A stretch of 64,000 nucleotides of DNA, taken from the NCBI RefSeq assembly GCF_009914755.1, contig NC_060933.1. The stretch is one strand, 5' to 3'. The notes beneath the pieces were generated by a model. That model had not been told where the DNA came from. It did no database searches and saw only the letters and a list, made by a program, of their open reading frames with translations. Positions 63,827 through 64,000 of the stretch are shown one piece after another. The DNA is from the human T2T-CHM13v2.0 reference genome, Homo sapiens. The position numbers and the translations under genes are program-made. Numbering within the stretch: position 1 is the stretch's first letter; each line of letters opens with the position of its first letter.

Positions 63827-64000
63827 GGCTGGGTGTGGTGGCTCACACCTGGAATCCCAGCACTTTGGAAAGCTAAGTCAGGTGCAGTGCATCACTTGAG
63901 CCCAGGAGACCAGCCTGGGCAACATAGCAAGATCCCATCTCTATAAACAAATTTTTTCAGAAAACAACAAATCATGGCCAGGTGCAGTGGCTCATTCCTG
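63827..64000 (+). mobile_element. Alu left monomer (63827-63950) and start of another Alu (63976 to window end)
   Basis: ggctgggtgtggtggctcac; ggccaggtgcagtggctc. Confidence 0.85.

Overview
Eukaryotic (human/primate) genomic DNA, not prokaryotic. The window lies inside the CAMSAP1 gene (calmodulin-regulated spectrin-associated protein 1; human 9q34.3 from recall), transcribed on the minus strand. Six constitutive coding exons (263, 162, 81, 142, 140, 97 nt; exons 2-7 by recalled numbering) have canonical GT-AG sites and compatible phases. Two in-frame cassette exons (33 and 60 nt) lie between exons 4 and 5. The rest is intron dominated by transposons: an L1MA9-like element, a full-length L1PA7-like element, older L1M/HAL1/L2/MIR pieces, a decayed ERVL internal region, THE1/MLT2 LTRs, MER47A, Charlie1 and over 30 Alus. 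The most notable non-genic items: a ~3 kb 36-bp VNTR inside an LTR, giving ~1000-codon ORFs; an L1 with its YY1 site lost and an open ORF0-like frame in the host-sense direction; a G-rich 20-mer minisatellite in place of the L1 poly(A) tail; a very young AluYa; a decayed C2H2 zinc-finger relic; and the exon 2-3 pair known to form circCAMSAP1. I found no wholly new biological system. Repeat subfamily names and repeat boundaries come from visual comparison to remembered consensus sequences and are approximate.
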